Shown: piece by piece, positions 10,297-19,522 of the stretch | Numbering within the stretch: the stretch's first letter is position 1 | How the letters are laid out: every line of letters starts with the position of its first letter | NCBI GenBank assembly: GCA_007376445.1 | Contig: VMGF01000001.1 | Span: 252,203 to 316,202 of the forward strand | Reading direction: 5' to 3' | DNA length: 64,000 nt | From: Parcubacteria group bacterium Gr01-1014_3 | GTDB lineage: Bacteria > Patescibacteriota > Minisyncoccia > UBA6257 > WO2-44-18 | Notes under the pieces: model-generated | What the model was told of the DNA's origin: nothing | The model's input: only the letters and a program-made list of their open reading frames with translations | The model's database searches: none | Made by a program: the position numbers and the translations under genes

Positions 10297-11717
10297 TGGG
10301 TTAGTTGCAGGTTAAATCCGGCAAGTTTCTGGGTGATGTTGGTAGCTACCTCTTCATCCATTGCTTCAATGGCGGATTTAAATGAAGAAGCATCGATTGG
10401 TTTTAAGATGGAGGTAATCGAGTTGTAAATTGTGCCCATCTTGGCAAAATCAGTTTCAGTTTTTTGGAGAGAGGCAATGTCGGCTTTGGCTTGAACCAGC
10501 GGATCTATGATCGCCTGATTAGCGGCTTTGTCCGCTTGAAGGAGAGCGATAGTGGCATCGGTAGCGCTGATCTCGTTTAAGATCGCGTCTTTGACTTGCG
10601 TTACTACGACTATAGACGGGAAAAGAGGCGTGGCTATACAGATCGTAGTAGGGAGATTGGTGAAGTCTTGATGAAGCTTTTGAAGATCAGCCTTGAACTT
10701 GATCAAAGCATCGATGGTCAGGTTAACAATTATCCCAGCTTGTTGACGAGGAACGAGAGTCTGATCGATCTCGTCTAAGAATGTAGTTTTTTGTTGATCG
10801 AAACTGTTATTAAGCACTTCGTTGTATATTTTAGTGATGTCATCTTGCTGCTTGTCAGTAATAGATTCTTGCAAGCCGGTCAAACCCTCGGCGACCAGAC
10901 GATTAACTAGAGAATTAGCAATCGCGCTCGCGTATTCACCAAGCTGTTGGGCGTTTAAGATAAAGTCAAAGTCTTTTCCAACGGCCTTAGATACTAAGTC
11001 GCCAACCGTAGAGCCAGGAGTGATGATACGGCATTTTTCCGTGCCATCAGGAAAAAGCTCACATTTCTTTTGTGATATAAATCCATCGCCTGCCTGGGCT
11101 TCATTATAAGCGGCAAAGGCGGCCGCGGATTTTCGGATCTCATTTTCTTGAAGGGCCATAATCAAAGCTCCGAAATAGTTATTTCTTGGCTGAAGCGAAG
11201 TGCCATAAGCTAGCCAACCGCCATTTCTGAAGTCATTATAAAAATTGTTAATATTTCCGACAATCTTATCGAGAGTGCATTCAGCTTTTTGCGCGAAAGT
11301 TGGAATTTTGTAGAAGTTTATCTGGATACCAAAACGGAATGGTTCGCAGAGAAAGCCAGCGCCAAGTTCTTTGGCGAAATCTCCCGCTGCCGCTTGACCA
11401 GCATCTTCCAGAAAACCTTTCCAGTCAGTAACGAACTGTGGCTGACCGCCACCCTGGATATAAGAAACAACCTGGTCAACCAAGACATCTAACAGTCGCC
11501 GCTTAAGCGTGGAGAGGGCAAAAGTTTCCAGCCAATCCAAAATTTGTTGCGCCGCTGACTTGGTTGTAGCGGCGGCAATCGCGGCTGCCTGGGCATGTAT
11601 AACAGCATCGGCTATCATAACTGGAATAGCGGCTTTGGCGGTTGGGATTGGAAACGACCCGATGGTCTGCATCAGTATCGTGATTCCTAGAAGGATTGTT
11701 AAGATTCGTCTTTTCAT
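10275..11717 (-). CDS. Secreted hypothetical protein
   Basis: Signal peptide MKRRILTILLGITILMQTIGS, 480 aa, and it overlaps the downstream gene. Confidence 0.45.
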   Translation of the reverse strand: MKRRILTILLGITILMQTIGSFPIPTAKAAIPVMIADAVIHAQAAAIAAATTKSAAQQILDWLETFALSTLKRRLLDVLVDQVVSYIQGGGQPQFVTDWKGFLEDAGQAAAGDFAKELGAGFLCEPFRFGIQINFYKIPTFAQKAECTLDKIVGNINNFYNDFRNGGWLAYGTSLQPRNNYFGALIMALQENEIRKSAAAFAAYNEAQAGDGFISQKKCELFPDGTEKCRIITPGSTVGDLVSKAVGKDFDFILNAQQLGEYASAIANSLVNRLVAEGLTGLQESITDKQQDDITKIYNEVLNNSFDQQKTTFLDEIDQTLVPRQQAGIIVNLTIDALIKFKADLQKLHQDFTNLPTTICIATPLFPSIVVVTQVKDAILNEISATDATIALLQADKAANQAIIDPLVQAKADIASLQKTETDFAKMGTIYNSITSILKPIDASSFKSAIEAMDEEVATNITQKLAGFNLQLTQCQLTNP

Positions 11718-11719
11718 AG

Positions 11720-12475
11720 TTAGATTGTCAGGCCATTTTGCGACATAAATTGAGTGATCTTTTGCCCTAGGCTGGCAAGCTGGTTCTGAATGTCCGGCAT
11801 CATTTTACCGGCCACCAGAGCTTTTAGCGGGTCATCTTCATAATTGGCTAGGCTGGTGAAGATGTTTTTTTGAATAGTCAGCAATTTGATTTCTTCTTGA
11901 TGAATGCCGGATAGTACTTCCGGAACATTCAGTGAGTAAAACTGATCAAGCGTCTTTTCGTAGGCCAGTACTAGCTTCTGGAAGTCCTCAGTGTTCGGTT
12001 TTTGAAAGTCTATACCGAGAGTAGAGAAGTTACCGGTAAGTATTGATCGGAAATTTTTTAAATAATTACCCCAAACGGTTTTATCGGAAGTCTTTATGAT
12101 CTTTAACGCGGCAGCTTCGATGCTTGGGCTAAGATCGGGATAGTTGATATTGCCAAGCTCTGCCTCTAAAACTTTTTGCGCTAACTTATCCGGCTCAAGC
12201 GCGTTGATTTGTTGTTGGCCGCCAATGACCGAAGGACCTTCCGGATTTAATTTAATAATTTCTTCGGTGATCTTTTGAGAGAGTTTATTTAGCTCAGCGC
12301 TGGTGGCTTTTGGTTCATTCATATCTATGAAAGAAGGCAGCTGTTGCGGATTGGCTGAGAGATTAGCGATTCCCGTTTCTGTACCAGCGCCGTTTTTTTC
12401 ACTAACGATAAAAATTGCCAGAGTAGCCGAGCCGGCCAGGAGTAAAATCGCGAGTATGTTTTGAAATTTGAACAT
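11720..12475 (-). CDS. Secreted hypothetical protein
   Basis: Signal peptide MFKFQNILAILLLAGSATLA. Confidence 0.45.
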   Translation of the reverse strand: MFKFQNILAILLLAGSATLAIFIVSEKNGAGTETGIANLSANPQQLPSFIDMNEPKATSAELNKLSQKITEEIIKLNPEGPSVIGGQQQINALEPDKLAQKVLEAELGNINYPDLSPSIEAAALKIIKTSDKTVWGNYLKNFRSILTGNFSTLGIDFQKPNTEDFQKLVLAYEKTLDQFYSLNVPEVLSGIHQEEIKLLTIQKNIFTSLANYEDDPLKALVAGKMMPDIQNQLASLGQKITQFMSQNGLTI

Positions 12476-12498
12476 CTTGTGGTGAGTTTACCGAACCA

Positions 12499-12909
12499 TT
12501 ATTGAGAGCACCAACAAATTCCCAGCACCCAGAGCGCGCCCTGAGGTGGCGGGCAGAGAAGATTTAAACAACCAGGTATGGTTCCACTGGGTGTATGAAT
12601 ATCAAACGGCGGACCGGCTACCGCGTAGAATCTTGGGACAGTCTGCGGAGTATAATCACCTCCTTGGCGCCAGACGGTCGGATTATGAGTGGCTTGTCTG
12701 GCGAAAAACTTCTCAAATCCTGTAAAGGTATTAAGGGATGGCCGGGCCTTCCAGAAATCATAGGCGCTGATGCCAGATTTCAAGGTTTCTTTAACAGTTC
12801 GTTGCGGATTTTTGAGTAGCTCTAAACGAGTTGGCTGTGAAACAGCCAACGCATTGGTGGCGAGTGAACCGATAAGGATAAAAACCGCAATAAAGCCTGC
12901 TAGACGCAT
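12499..12909 (-). CDS. Small secreted protein; first gene of the minus-strand locus
   Basis: Signal peptide MRLAGFIAVFILIGSLATNALA. Confidence 0.4.
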   Translation of the reverse strand: MRLAGFIAVFILIGSLATNALAVSQPTRLELLKNPQRTVKETLKSGISAYDFWKARPSLNTFTGFEKFFARQATHNPTVWRQGGDYTPQTVPRFYAVAGPPFDIHTPSGTIPGCLNLLCPPPQGALWVLGICWCSQ

Positions 12910-13021
12910 ACATTAATTATACTCTCACATAGAGGAAAACCTAAAGGAACTTATTCACAAGCGCGCCGTAAGGCGCGCGAGTCAAAAGTCCATAAAGTTC
13001 GTAAAGTCTATAAGGCAAAAA

Positions 13022-13846
13022 TTAGAAATGATTTGCTAGGGTTTTTAACATATCAATATCGAGATTTTGGGGGCGAATGTCGGGTTTTAGGCCTATTTGT
13101 TCGAGAATTTTAGTAATTTCAGCCTTATTTTTACCAAGCCCTTCGGTTTTACTCAGGGCAAGTCCCTCAGATAAGTTATTCAGCAGGGTCTTTCTAGGCT
13201 GCTTAAAAGCGATTTTTATGAATTTATAGTATCGTTCCGCCTCCTTGATTCTTAATTCTTGATTCTTGATTCTTAATGTTATTATTGCCGAATCAACTTC
13301 CGGCGCCGGATCAAAATCGGTGGATTTCAGATTCATCAGGATCTTCGGTTCAGCCCAGAACTGCGTGGCGGCCGAAAGCAGATTCATCCTGGGTGGTTCG
13401 GCAATTATTCTTTCCGCAACCTCTTTTTGGATCATTAAGATGGTGAGTGCCGGTTTTCCGCCAGCTGGCGGATTCAGTTCGCTTAATACGCGCAGCAGTT
13501 TTCCGGTGATATAGTAAGGGATGTTTCCAACCAGTTTCCAGTTGTCAGTTTTCAGTTTTTCAGTTAAATCGGGGAGAATTTTTAATGCATCGCCTGTCAG
13601 TATTTCAAACTGATTAACTGTAGCGCTAGCGTAACTCATTAACTGATTCGCTAAACGCGCGTCTTTTTCGATACCGATGAAATTACAACCGACTTTTCGG
13701 CATTCTTCGATCAGAGGAATGGTTAACGCTCCCTTGCCCGGCCCGACCTCGATGACGGTTTCGCCAGTTTTCAGCTCTAAAGACGCGATTATCTTTTGGA
13801 TCGCGGCTTTATTTTTTAGGAAGTGCTGACCTAGTTTTTTTGGCAT
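13022..13846 (-). CDS. rsmA: 16S rRNA (adenine1518/1519-N6)-dimethyltransferase
   Basis: N-terminal KKLGQHFL motif and a SAM-binding VIEVGPGKGALT motif. It contains an in-frame (ttcttga)n repeat encoding RIKNQELRIK. Confidence 0.85.
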   Translation of the reverse strand: MPKKLGQHFLKNKAAIQKIIASLELKTGETVIEVGPGKGALTIPLIEECRKVGCNFIGIEKDARLANQLMSYASATVNQFEILTGDALKILPDLTEKLKTDNWKLVGNIPYYITGKLLRVLSELNPPAGGKPALTILMIQKEVAERIIAEPPRMNLLSAATQFWAEPKILMNLKSTDFDPAPEVDSAIITLRIKNQELRIKEAERYYKFIKIAFKQPRKTLLNNLSEGLALSKTEGLGKNKAEITKILEQIGLKPDIRPQNLDIDMLKTLANHF

Positions 13847-13887
13847 GGGTATTCACAGGGTAAAAGTTTTTATGGCATAATTCAAGG

Positions 13888-14241
13888 ATGGAAGAAACAA
13901 AATTCCGACCCAAAACTGAAGAGGAGGTTTTATTGGAGTCCACAATTTCTGGCGCGGAAAAGAAAGAACAGGAAGCTCAACAAAAAGAAGCCGTAGAATC
14001 TTCTATGGAAGAGGTAGTTAAAGAAAAGGAACAAGAAAAAGCGGGATCAGTTATAAACAAAGCCGCGGAAGAAGTTTTGAGGGGACAGATAGAGGATATT
14101 TTTAAGGAAGCAGAAGTTCAAAACAAATCTGAAAAAGAAGCCGTGGCGCGCAAGAAAACCTCCGGGAGTATTTCTTGGGAAAATTTAGCTAACGAACAAA
14201 AGAAGGAGGAAGAGGAGAAAAAGAAAGAAAGTTGGTTCTAG
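13888..14241 (+). CDS. Highly charged low-complexity protein (E/K-rich), hypothetical
   Basis: A 117-aa ORF with strongly biased composition. Coding status is uncertain. Confidence 0.35.
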   Translation: MEETKFRPKTEEEVLLESTISGAEKKEQEAQQKEAVESSMEEVVKEKEQEKAGSVINKAAEEVLRGQIEDIFKEAEVQNKSEKEAVARKKTSGSISWENLANEQKKEEEEKKKESWF

Positions 14242-14252
14242 GAAAAACTTTT

Positions 14253-16094
14253 TTACCAAGTATCTTCGATATACGAATCTTCTTCGTTCGGAAGATTGTT
14301 TTTGTTGCCGCTGAGGTCGGCAAATTCGGTCAGTTCCGGCGGAATTTCATACACAAATCTTGATGGAATGTGCGTAAAAGTGAGGCAGAGCCGTTTTCTT
14401 GCGCGAGTCATGGCCACGTACATCAGACGCCGCTCTTCCTCGATTTCATCCAATGATCCATAGGACATTTGATGGGGCAAAAGGCCTTCATTACATCCCA
14501 TTACGTAAACTTGGTCGAATTCCAGGCCCTTGGAGAGATGAATGGACATGAGATGGACAGGGTTTAGGGTATAGCGATTAGCGTTTAGGGATTCATTGGC
14601 CGGCATATCGTTGGCTTGTAGCAATAGCACCCGTTCCAAAAATTCCGGCAAGGATTTAAATGTGCCGGCAAAAACTATTAACTCGTTTATGTTTTCAGTC
14701 CTCTCTTTTACATTGTCGAATTTTTTTCCGAGGTGATCAAAGTAGTTGGTGTTTTCCAGGAAATAATTTATCAGTTCTAGGATCGAGAGTTTTTCGCCGA
14801 GGCGCTGAAGCTCCCCGATCAGCTCGCCGGTGATCTTTTTCGGAAAAGTTTTTTCCAGGCGGTCAATGCTGACACTATCCTTCGGATTGGAAGCAACGCG
14901 TAAACCGGCAAGAATATCTTTTACCTCTTTTCTTTGATAAAAACGCAGTCCGCCGAAAATTTTATATGGAATCTGGTTCATGATCAGCGATTGCTCGATC
15001 GCGCGGGATTGCGCGTTGGTCCGGTAGAGAATGGCCGTAGTTTCACTATGACCATGACTATGACCAATGACCAATCCTTGTTTTTTATTGTCATTGTTAT
15101 TTGTCATCGTCAAGATGTTTCTTGCGACATACCGCGCTTCCTCATCGGCGTCATAAGCCTTAACAACCCAGATCGGATCTCCGGCCTCATTATCGGTCCA
15201 AAGAGTTTTCGGAGTTTGCATGGAATTTTTCTTGATCAGCGCTGAGGCGGCGTTAATAATGTTGGCGGTAGAGCGGTAATTTTGCTCCAGCTTTACGATT
15301 TTCGCCTTCGGCCAGTCCTGTTCGAAGTTCAAAAAATTGCGGAAGTCCGATCCGCGGAAACGATAAATGCTTTGCGCGTCATCGCCGACGACGCTGATAT
15401 TTTGGTGTTTTTCAGCGAGCAAGCGGATCAGGCGATACTGGCTGGTGTTTATATCCTGATACTCATCTACCAGGACCTGTTGGAAGCGGTTTTGATATTT
15501 GGTTAAGATTTCCGGATGATCCTCAAAAAGACGCACCGGTTTTTCTATGAGGTCATCAAAATCAAAGGCATTATTTTCCCTAAGAGCTTGTTCGTATTTA
15601 TTGAAAAGATGAATGAGCTGCGGCTCCAGATATTCTTTGGGCGCGATCAGTTCATTTTTTATTGAGGAAAATTTATTCTGAAGCTTTATGGGATTGGCGG
15701 CCTCCTTGGAAATGTCCAGCTGTTTCAAAATTTGGCGGATTAAACTTAAGGAATCGTCGTTATCATAAATCGTGAAGTAAGCGTTCCGGCCGAGTAGCTT
15801 CGCCTCTTCTTTCAAGATTCTTACTCCCAGCGAATGGAAAGTACCTATAAACAAATTTTCAATTTTCAATTTTAAATTTTCAATTCGGTTTCGCATTTCA
15901 TTGGCGGCTTTATTGGTAAAGGTTATCGCGATGATGTTGGCCGGGTTTACTCCCCGTTCGATGATCTTCATCAGGCGAGTGGTTAGGGTCTTGGTTTTGC
16001 CGGAACCAGCGCCGGCGGCGATCAAAATAGGCCCATTTCCATGGTCTACAGCCTCTTGCTGCCTGTCATTCAGTCGATTGTTATTTTGCTCCAT
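14253..16094 (-). CDS. ATP-dependent DNA helicase, UvrD/PcrA/Rep family
   Basis: It carries helicase motif I (AGAGSGKT), motif II (DEYQD) and the rest of the motif series. Internally there are an in-frame (aattttc)n repeat (RIENLKLKIENL) and an (atgacca)-like repeat (GHSHGHS). Confidence 0.85.
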   Translation of the reverse strand: MEQNNNRLNDRQQEAVDHGNGPILIAAGAGSGKTKTLTTRLMKIIERGVNPANIIAITFTNKAANEMRNRIENLKLKIENLFIGTFHSLGVRILKEEAKLLGRNAYFTIYDNDDSLSLIRQILKQLDISKEAANPIKLQNKFSSIKNELIAPKEYLEPQLIHLFNKYEQALRENNAFDFDDLIEKPVRLFEDHPEILTKYQNRFQQVLVDEYQDINTSQYRLIRLLAEKHQNISVVGDDAQSIYRFRGSDFRNFLNFEQDWPKAKIVKLEQNYRSTANIINAASALIKKNSMQTPKTLWTDNEAGDPIWVVKAYDADEEARYVARNILTMTNNNDNKKQGLVIGHSHGHSETTAILYRTNAQSRAIEQSLIMNQIPYKIFGGLRFYQRKEVKDILAGLRVASNPKDSVSIDRLEKTFPKKITGELIGELQRLGEKLSILELINYFLENTNYFDHLGKKFDNVKERTENINELIVFAGTFKSLPEFLERVLLLQANDMPANESLNANRYTLNPVHLMSIHLSKGLEFDQVYVMGCNEGLLPHQMSYGSLDEIEEERRLMYVAMTRARKRLCLTFTHIPSRFVYEIPPELTEFADLSGNKNNLPNEEDSYIEDTW

Positions 16095-16256
16095 TTATGG
16101 TATATTTAGGCTATTAGTACGATCGTTAGAAAACTGATAAAGAAGCTATCTATTACAACCGCATTACCGGTTGTTTTCGTTCTATCAGGAATTCTATTAA
16201 ATCTACTTGTTTTAGGTGGTAACAAGCAACCCCAAGAGTCTCTTGGTGGCCCGTTT

Positions 16257-17144
16257 TTGGCCCAAGTTGCCGATGCTTTCAGTCAGGAGTCTAATGAAGT
16301 TTCGGCTTCCGAGGGAGCGATCTTTGAAGAAGATTTTACTTTGGCCGAAGGCGGAGATAATGCCGGTGGCTTCGTGCTAGTGGACGCCGATTCTTTATTG
16401 GCGGTGAATAATCCCCTGAGTACGATCTTGCCGACTCGCGATGGATTAATTATTTATAAAGTTCAAAAAGGAGATTCGCTTTCTAAGATCGCGGCTAACT
16501 TCGGCATTTCGCTTAATACTATTTTCTGGGCGAACCAGAGCGTGAAGAACAGCATCAAGCCTGGCCAGGAGATCGTGATCTTACCGGTGTCCGGCGTGCT
16601 TCATCAGGTTGAAGACGGCGATACCGTGGATAGTTTGGTGGAACTTTATGGCGCGCCGCGCGAGAAAATTTTAAAATATAACAAGATCGTGGGTGGCTAT
16701 CTGAAGCCTGGCGTGACTGTGGTGATTCCGGGCGCGAATCCGAAGAAAGGATTAACGACCGTTTCCGTAAAAGACTTGCCGAGCTATCCGGGATATTTTA
16801 TTTTGCCGACGATCGGTTGGAACTGGGGAAATTTGCATAACTATAACGCTGTCGATATCGCCAACTCTTGCGGCACGCCTGTTTACGCGGCGGCTGAAGG
16901 CTTGGTGGCTGACGCGAAATCTTATGGCTGGAACGGCGGCTACGGCCACTATATTGAAATTGAACATCCAAATAAAGCGATCACTCGTTATTCTCACATG
17001 CAGAAAAACGCGGTCTCGACCGGAGACTATGTGGTTCAGGGCGATCTGATCGGCTACATCGGCAACACCGGCAACGTGCACGGCCCGACGGGATGCCATC
17101 TTCATTTTGAAGTCAGAGGGGCCAGGAATCCATTTGCAAAATAA
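16257..17144 (+). CDS. LysM-domain M23 family metallopeptidase
   Basis: LysM motif (YKVQKGDSLSKIAANFGISLNTIFWANQ) and M23 motifs (HYIEIEH...GNTGNVHGPTGCHLHFE). The listed start is TTG. The in-frame upstream stretch encodes a TM helix, so the true start may be a non-canonical codon near 16119-16140. Confidence 0.75.
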   Translation: MAQVADAFSQESNEVSASEGAIFEEDFTLAEGGDNAGGFVLVDADSLLAVNNPLSTILPTRDGLIIYKVQKGDSLSKIAANFGISLNTIFWANQSVKNSIKPGQEIVILPVSGVLHQVEDGDTVDSLVELYGAPREKILKYNKIVGGYLKPGVTVVIPGANPKKGLTTVSVKDLPSYPGYFILPTIGWNWGNLHNYNAVDIANSCGTPVYAAAEGLVADAKSYGWNGGYGHYIEIEHPNKAITRYSHMQKNAVSTGDYVVQGDLIGYIGNTGNVHGPTGCHLHFEVRGARNPFAK

Positions 17145-17160
17145 GGGCTCCAGACAACTA

Positions 17161-17292
17161 CTTTTTCGAAAACAGAATAATCCGGCTCCAGCAGCCGGAT
17201 TTTCTTCGCCCTCGGCACGCCGGTCCGACCTTTTGGTCGGACACCGATCTTAGGATAGACCAGCCGGCGCGCCTCCGGGATGTTCCGAAAAA
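17161..17292. repeat. GC-rich structured repeat element, copy A (bidirectional terminator hairpin plus structured module closed by a long-range helix)
   Basis: About 85% identical to 43939..44071. Helices are maintained by compensatory changes (outer helix tttttcg/cgaaaaa here versus cctcttt/aaagagg in copy B). Confidence 0.6.
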
Positions 17293-17341
17293 TCAGTTGT
17301 CCTCCGCTTTGTTAACTAAATGAAAGATTTTTATATAAAAA

Positions 17342-17385
17342 GCCCCCATTCTGTTTAACAGAATGGGGGCGATGTTTTATTTCGT
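17342..17385 (-). terminator. Rho-independent terminator (hairpin gcccccattctg-tttaa-cagaatgggggc plus T-run), serves the minus gene 17377..18228
   Basis: A 12-bp GC-rich stem with U-runs on both strands. Confidence 0.6.
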
Positions 17386-18228
17386 TTCTCGAATTACCAT
17401 TTCGACCAGCACTTCTTCGTAGTGACCGATCAATCCGGCAGCGCGTCCGAGCATGGCTCGGTAGGTGTTATGCCATCCCGGACGTTGGCTCGCGTTGATG
17501 ACCATGCCGTAGCAGGTCTCGAACCGATCCAGAAATTTATACACCGTTCGGCTGATGAAGATGAAACGCTTGATCAGAAGCTTCTGCTCTTCGTGGTTAA
17601 GCGCCGGTCCATCTTCGAGCTCTTTGGCGAGGATCATTTCCTTAACGAACTTGCTCAGCTCGCCAATCACATCGCCGAGACCCGCCAGCCAGCCTGGGAA
17701 TGGGATGCTCAGCTTGTGATGCCGCTCTTCGGGAGGCAGAGCTTCTTCGGTTGATACCAGTTCGTCGAGACTATCATCAGCTTTCGGATCCCCCATCTTG
17801 TACCAGAGATTCTGAAGAACTTCCTGGGTCCGCTTTTGGATCGTTGCCCGGTCTTGGGCATACTCGGGATGCAACAGCGGCACAAGATGAAAAACTCCCT
17901 CGGCCTCCACTACTTCGCCACCGGATTCGGTGTCCTTTTCAGAGGCGAAGTGCAGGGGTAGATCAAGGTCCGAAAGCTCTTTCCAAAGGTCTGCGAAGAT
18001 CTGTCGGAATTCGTCAGCCTTGCTAAGGTCACCATACTTCAGAGCCTTGATAAATTCTTTTGAGGTTTTGACCAATAAGTTCGCGACCGCGTAAGATCCG
18101 CCGATATCACGGCGCTGCTGCTCCGACTTGTCTTGAATGCTTTTCGAAATCCGATCGATATCATCGATTACCGGATTGCCCATGAGCGTAAACAGACGCT
18201 CTTCAAGCTCTCGCATTTGTCGAACCAT
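17377..18228 (-). CDS. Hypothetical protein, elevated GC (second gene of the GC-rich pair)
   Basis: A 283-aa ORF with a taggagc RBS before the ATG. No recognisable domain. Confidence 0.5.
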   Translation of the reverse strand: MVRQMRELEERLFTLMGNPVIDDIDRISKSIQDKSEQQRRDIGGSYAVANLLVKTSKEFIKALKYGDLSKADEFRQIFADLWKELSDLDLPLHFASEKDTESGGEVVEAEGVFHLVPLLHPEYAQDRATIQKRTQEVLQNLWYKMGDPKADDSLDELVSTEEALPPEERHHKLSIPFPGWLAGLGDVIGELSKFVKEMILAKELEDGPALNHEEQKLLIKRFIFISRTVYKFLDRFETCYGMVINASQRPGWHNTYRAMLGRAAGLIGHYEEVLVEMVIRETK

Positions 18229-18396
18229 ACTAAAAGCTCCTAAAAAAGAGTGAAAAGAACCATTGCTCGAAATGAGCAGAGTTCAAAGTTTTGTTCTTTT
18301 GTTAAAGAACTCATCATTAGTGGCTAGATTCCGCTTCACCCGCCATAGGCGGGCAAGCTTGCAAAGACTGCTAACAACTAATGATAAATTCTCTAA

Positions 18397-18443
18397 TTTT
18401 TAAAAAGGTGCCCCAGTGGAGTGTTTTGCACACTCCACTGGGG
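18397..18443 (-). terminator. Rho-independent terminator for gene 18481..19380 (14-bp stem ccccagtggagtgt/cacactccactgggg plus T5)
   Basis: A perfect hairpin followed by TTTTT on the minus strand. Confidence 0.65.
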
Positions 18444-18480
18444 CGTTGCTGGTTCTCGCTTGATCAGCCGTTGCGGCTGA

Positions 18481-19380
18481 TTAGACCCGACGCCGGAAGT
18501 CCCTGCCTCCCCGGAAGCCGTGCTTCGCGGAGCGGTTGACCTCGCCGAGGGCGTTGACGTTGGATCCAAGCTTGGTGAGCTTGGCCCGACGCCTTTCGTC
18601 CTGGGCCTTGACCTCGCCGATTTCCGCCCCCATCTCCTCCGCGATGCTGGTGGCTTCGGCGTGGGTGTGACCGTGGAAGATCCTGGAGTCCGTGCCCTGA
18701 GGCAACGTTTCCCGGTAGTCCCTCACACAGTCACGGCAGATCGCGCCGACTCGGAAGGTTCCATCCTCGTTCGGGAGAACGAAGAAGTTCCCGCTCCGAT
18801 ACGGCTCACCGGTCTTCTGGTTGATGACCGGCCTGTCGTCCTTCACGGAGGTCCAGGACATCGCCTGGAACTCCTCTTCGCCGATGTCGCACATCGCGAG
18901 GCCGGAGGTCGTGTCGTCGGGGCGAACGTCGCGCAGCGTTTTGAGCTGCTCGGCCTTCGTGCCTTCCTCGGTGAGCTTGTCCTGCAGCCAGACGATGGCT
19001 TCCTTCGTTTCCGCCAGCGTGAGCTGACGTCCGAGGCCCAGCGCCCGGTTCTTCAGGATCTGGAACCGCAGCCGGTAGTTGAAACCGGCCTTGGGATTCA
19101 CCGGGCTGGGACGGGTGTCCGCGTAGCCCCCGGCGATGAGGTAGTCCTGCGCCACGGGGGTGACACAGTAGCCTTCCAGCGAGAGGGGCTTGTACCCCTT
19201 CGTCTTGAGCTCCTTGTTTTTCTCGGCCATCTCAGCCGACGTCATCGGCTTGTCGCTCCGTTCGCGCTTGACCGGCTTGTCCGCCATCGGGGCGGGCTCG
19301 CTGCCTTCTGCCCGAGCCATCTTGAGGCCCTCGGCTCGCTGGTCCTCTCGGACCTCGTCCTTGCCATTCGATCCCTTCAT
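18481..19380 (-). CDS. Hypothetical protein, strongly GC-rich, with charged N-terminus and RGG-like C-terminal tail
   Basis: The start is set at MKGSNGKD (ATG at 19380), which is preceded by GGAGG with 6-nt spacing. The longer listed ORF (to 19434) adds a spurious hydrophobic extension. Confidence 0.5.
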   Translation of the reverse strand: MKGSNGKDEVREDQRAEGLKMARAEGSEPAPMADKPVKRERSDKPMTSAEMAEKNKELKTKGYKPLSLEGYCVTPVAQDYLIAGGYADTRPSPVNPKAGFNYRLRFQILKNRALGLGRQLTLAETKEAIVWLQDKLTEEGTKAEQLKTLRDVRPDDTTSGLAMCDIGEEEFQAMSWTSVKDDRPVINQKTGEPYRSGNFFVLPNEDGTFRVGAICRDCVRDYRETLPQGTDSRIFHGHTHAEATSIAEEMGAEIGEVKAQDERRRAKLTKLGSNVNALGEVNRSAKHGFRGGRDFRRRV

Positions 19381-19494
19381 GAAAAACCTCCAGAAAAGGA
19401 AACCAAAAAACCAGAAGTTACTCCAAAAAATCAACCTCGAGCCACATAGCTAGAGGCCGGAGTAACGTTGTGCCCTTGTTTAAGATCTGCGCTC

Positions 19495-19522
19495 ATTATA
19501 GCAGATAGGGATATTTTGTCAA
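19495..19522 (-). promoter_or_regulatory. Consensus sigma70-type promoter (TTGACA-16-TATAAT) for the GC-rich gene 18481..19380
   Basis: The minus strand reads TTGACAaaatatccctatctgcTATAAT. A cccgcc/ggcggg hairpin motif (19525..19545) sits immediately upstream. Confidence 0.6.

Noticed and set aside
17255-17270. AscI site GGCGCGCC inside both copies of the structured repeat as a sign of cloning or engineering
   Set aside because: It is part of a conserved GC core in a natural-looking paired element, and a single 8-mer is weak evidence. However, the heptamer repeats and perfect palindromes mean an artificial or chimeric origin cannot be fully excluded without read-level data.
18520-19449. 309-aa plus-strand ORF antisense to the GC-rich gene 18481..19380
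   Set aside because: High-GC DNA produces long stop-free antisense frames. The minus-strand gene has a consensus promoter, RBS and terminator, and the plus ORF has none.
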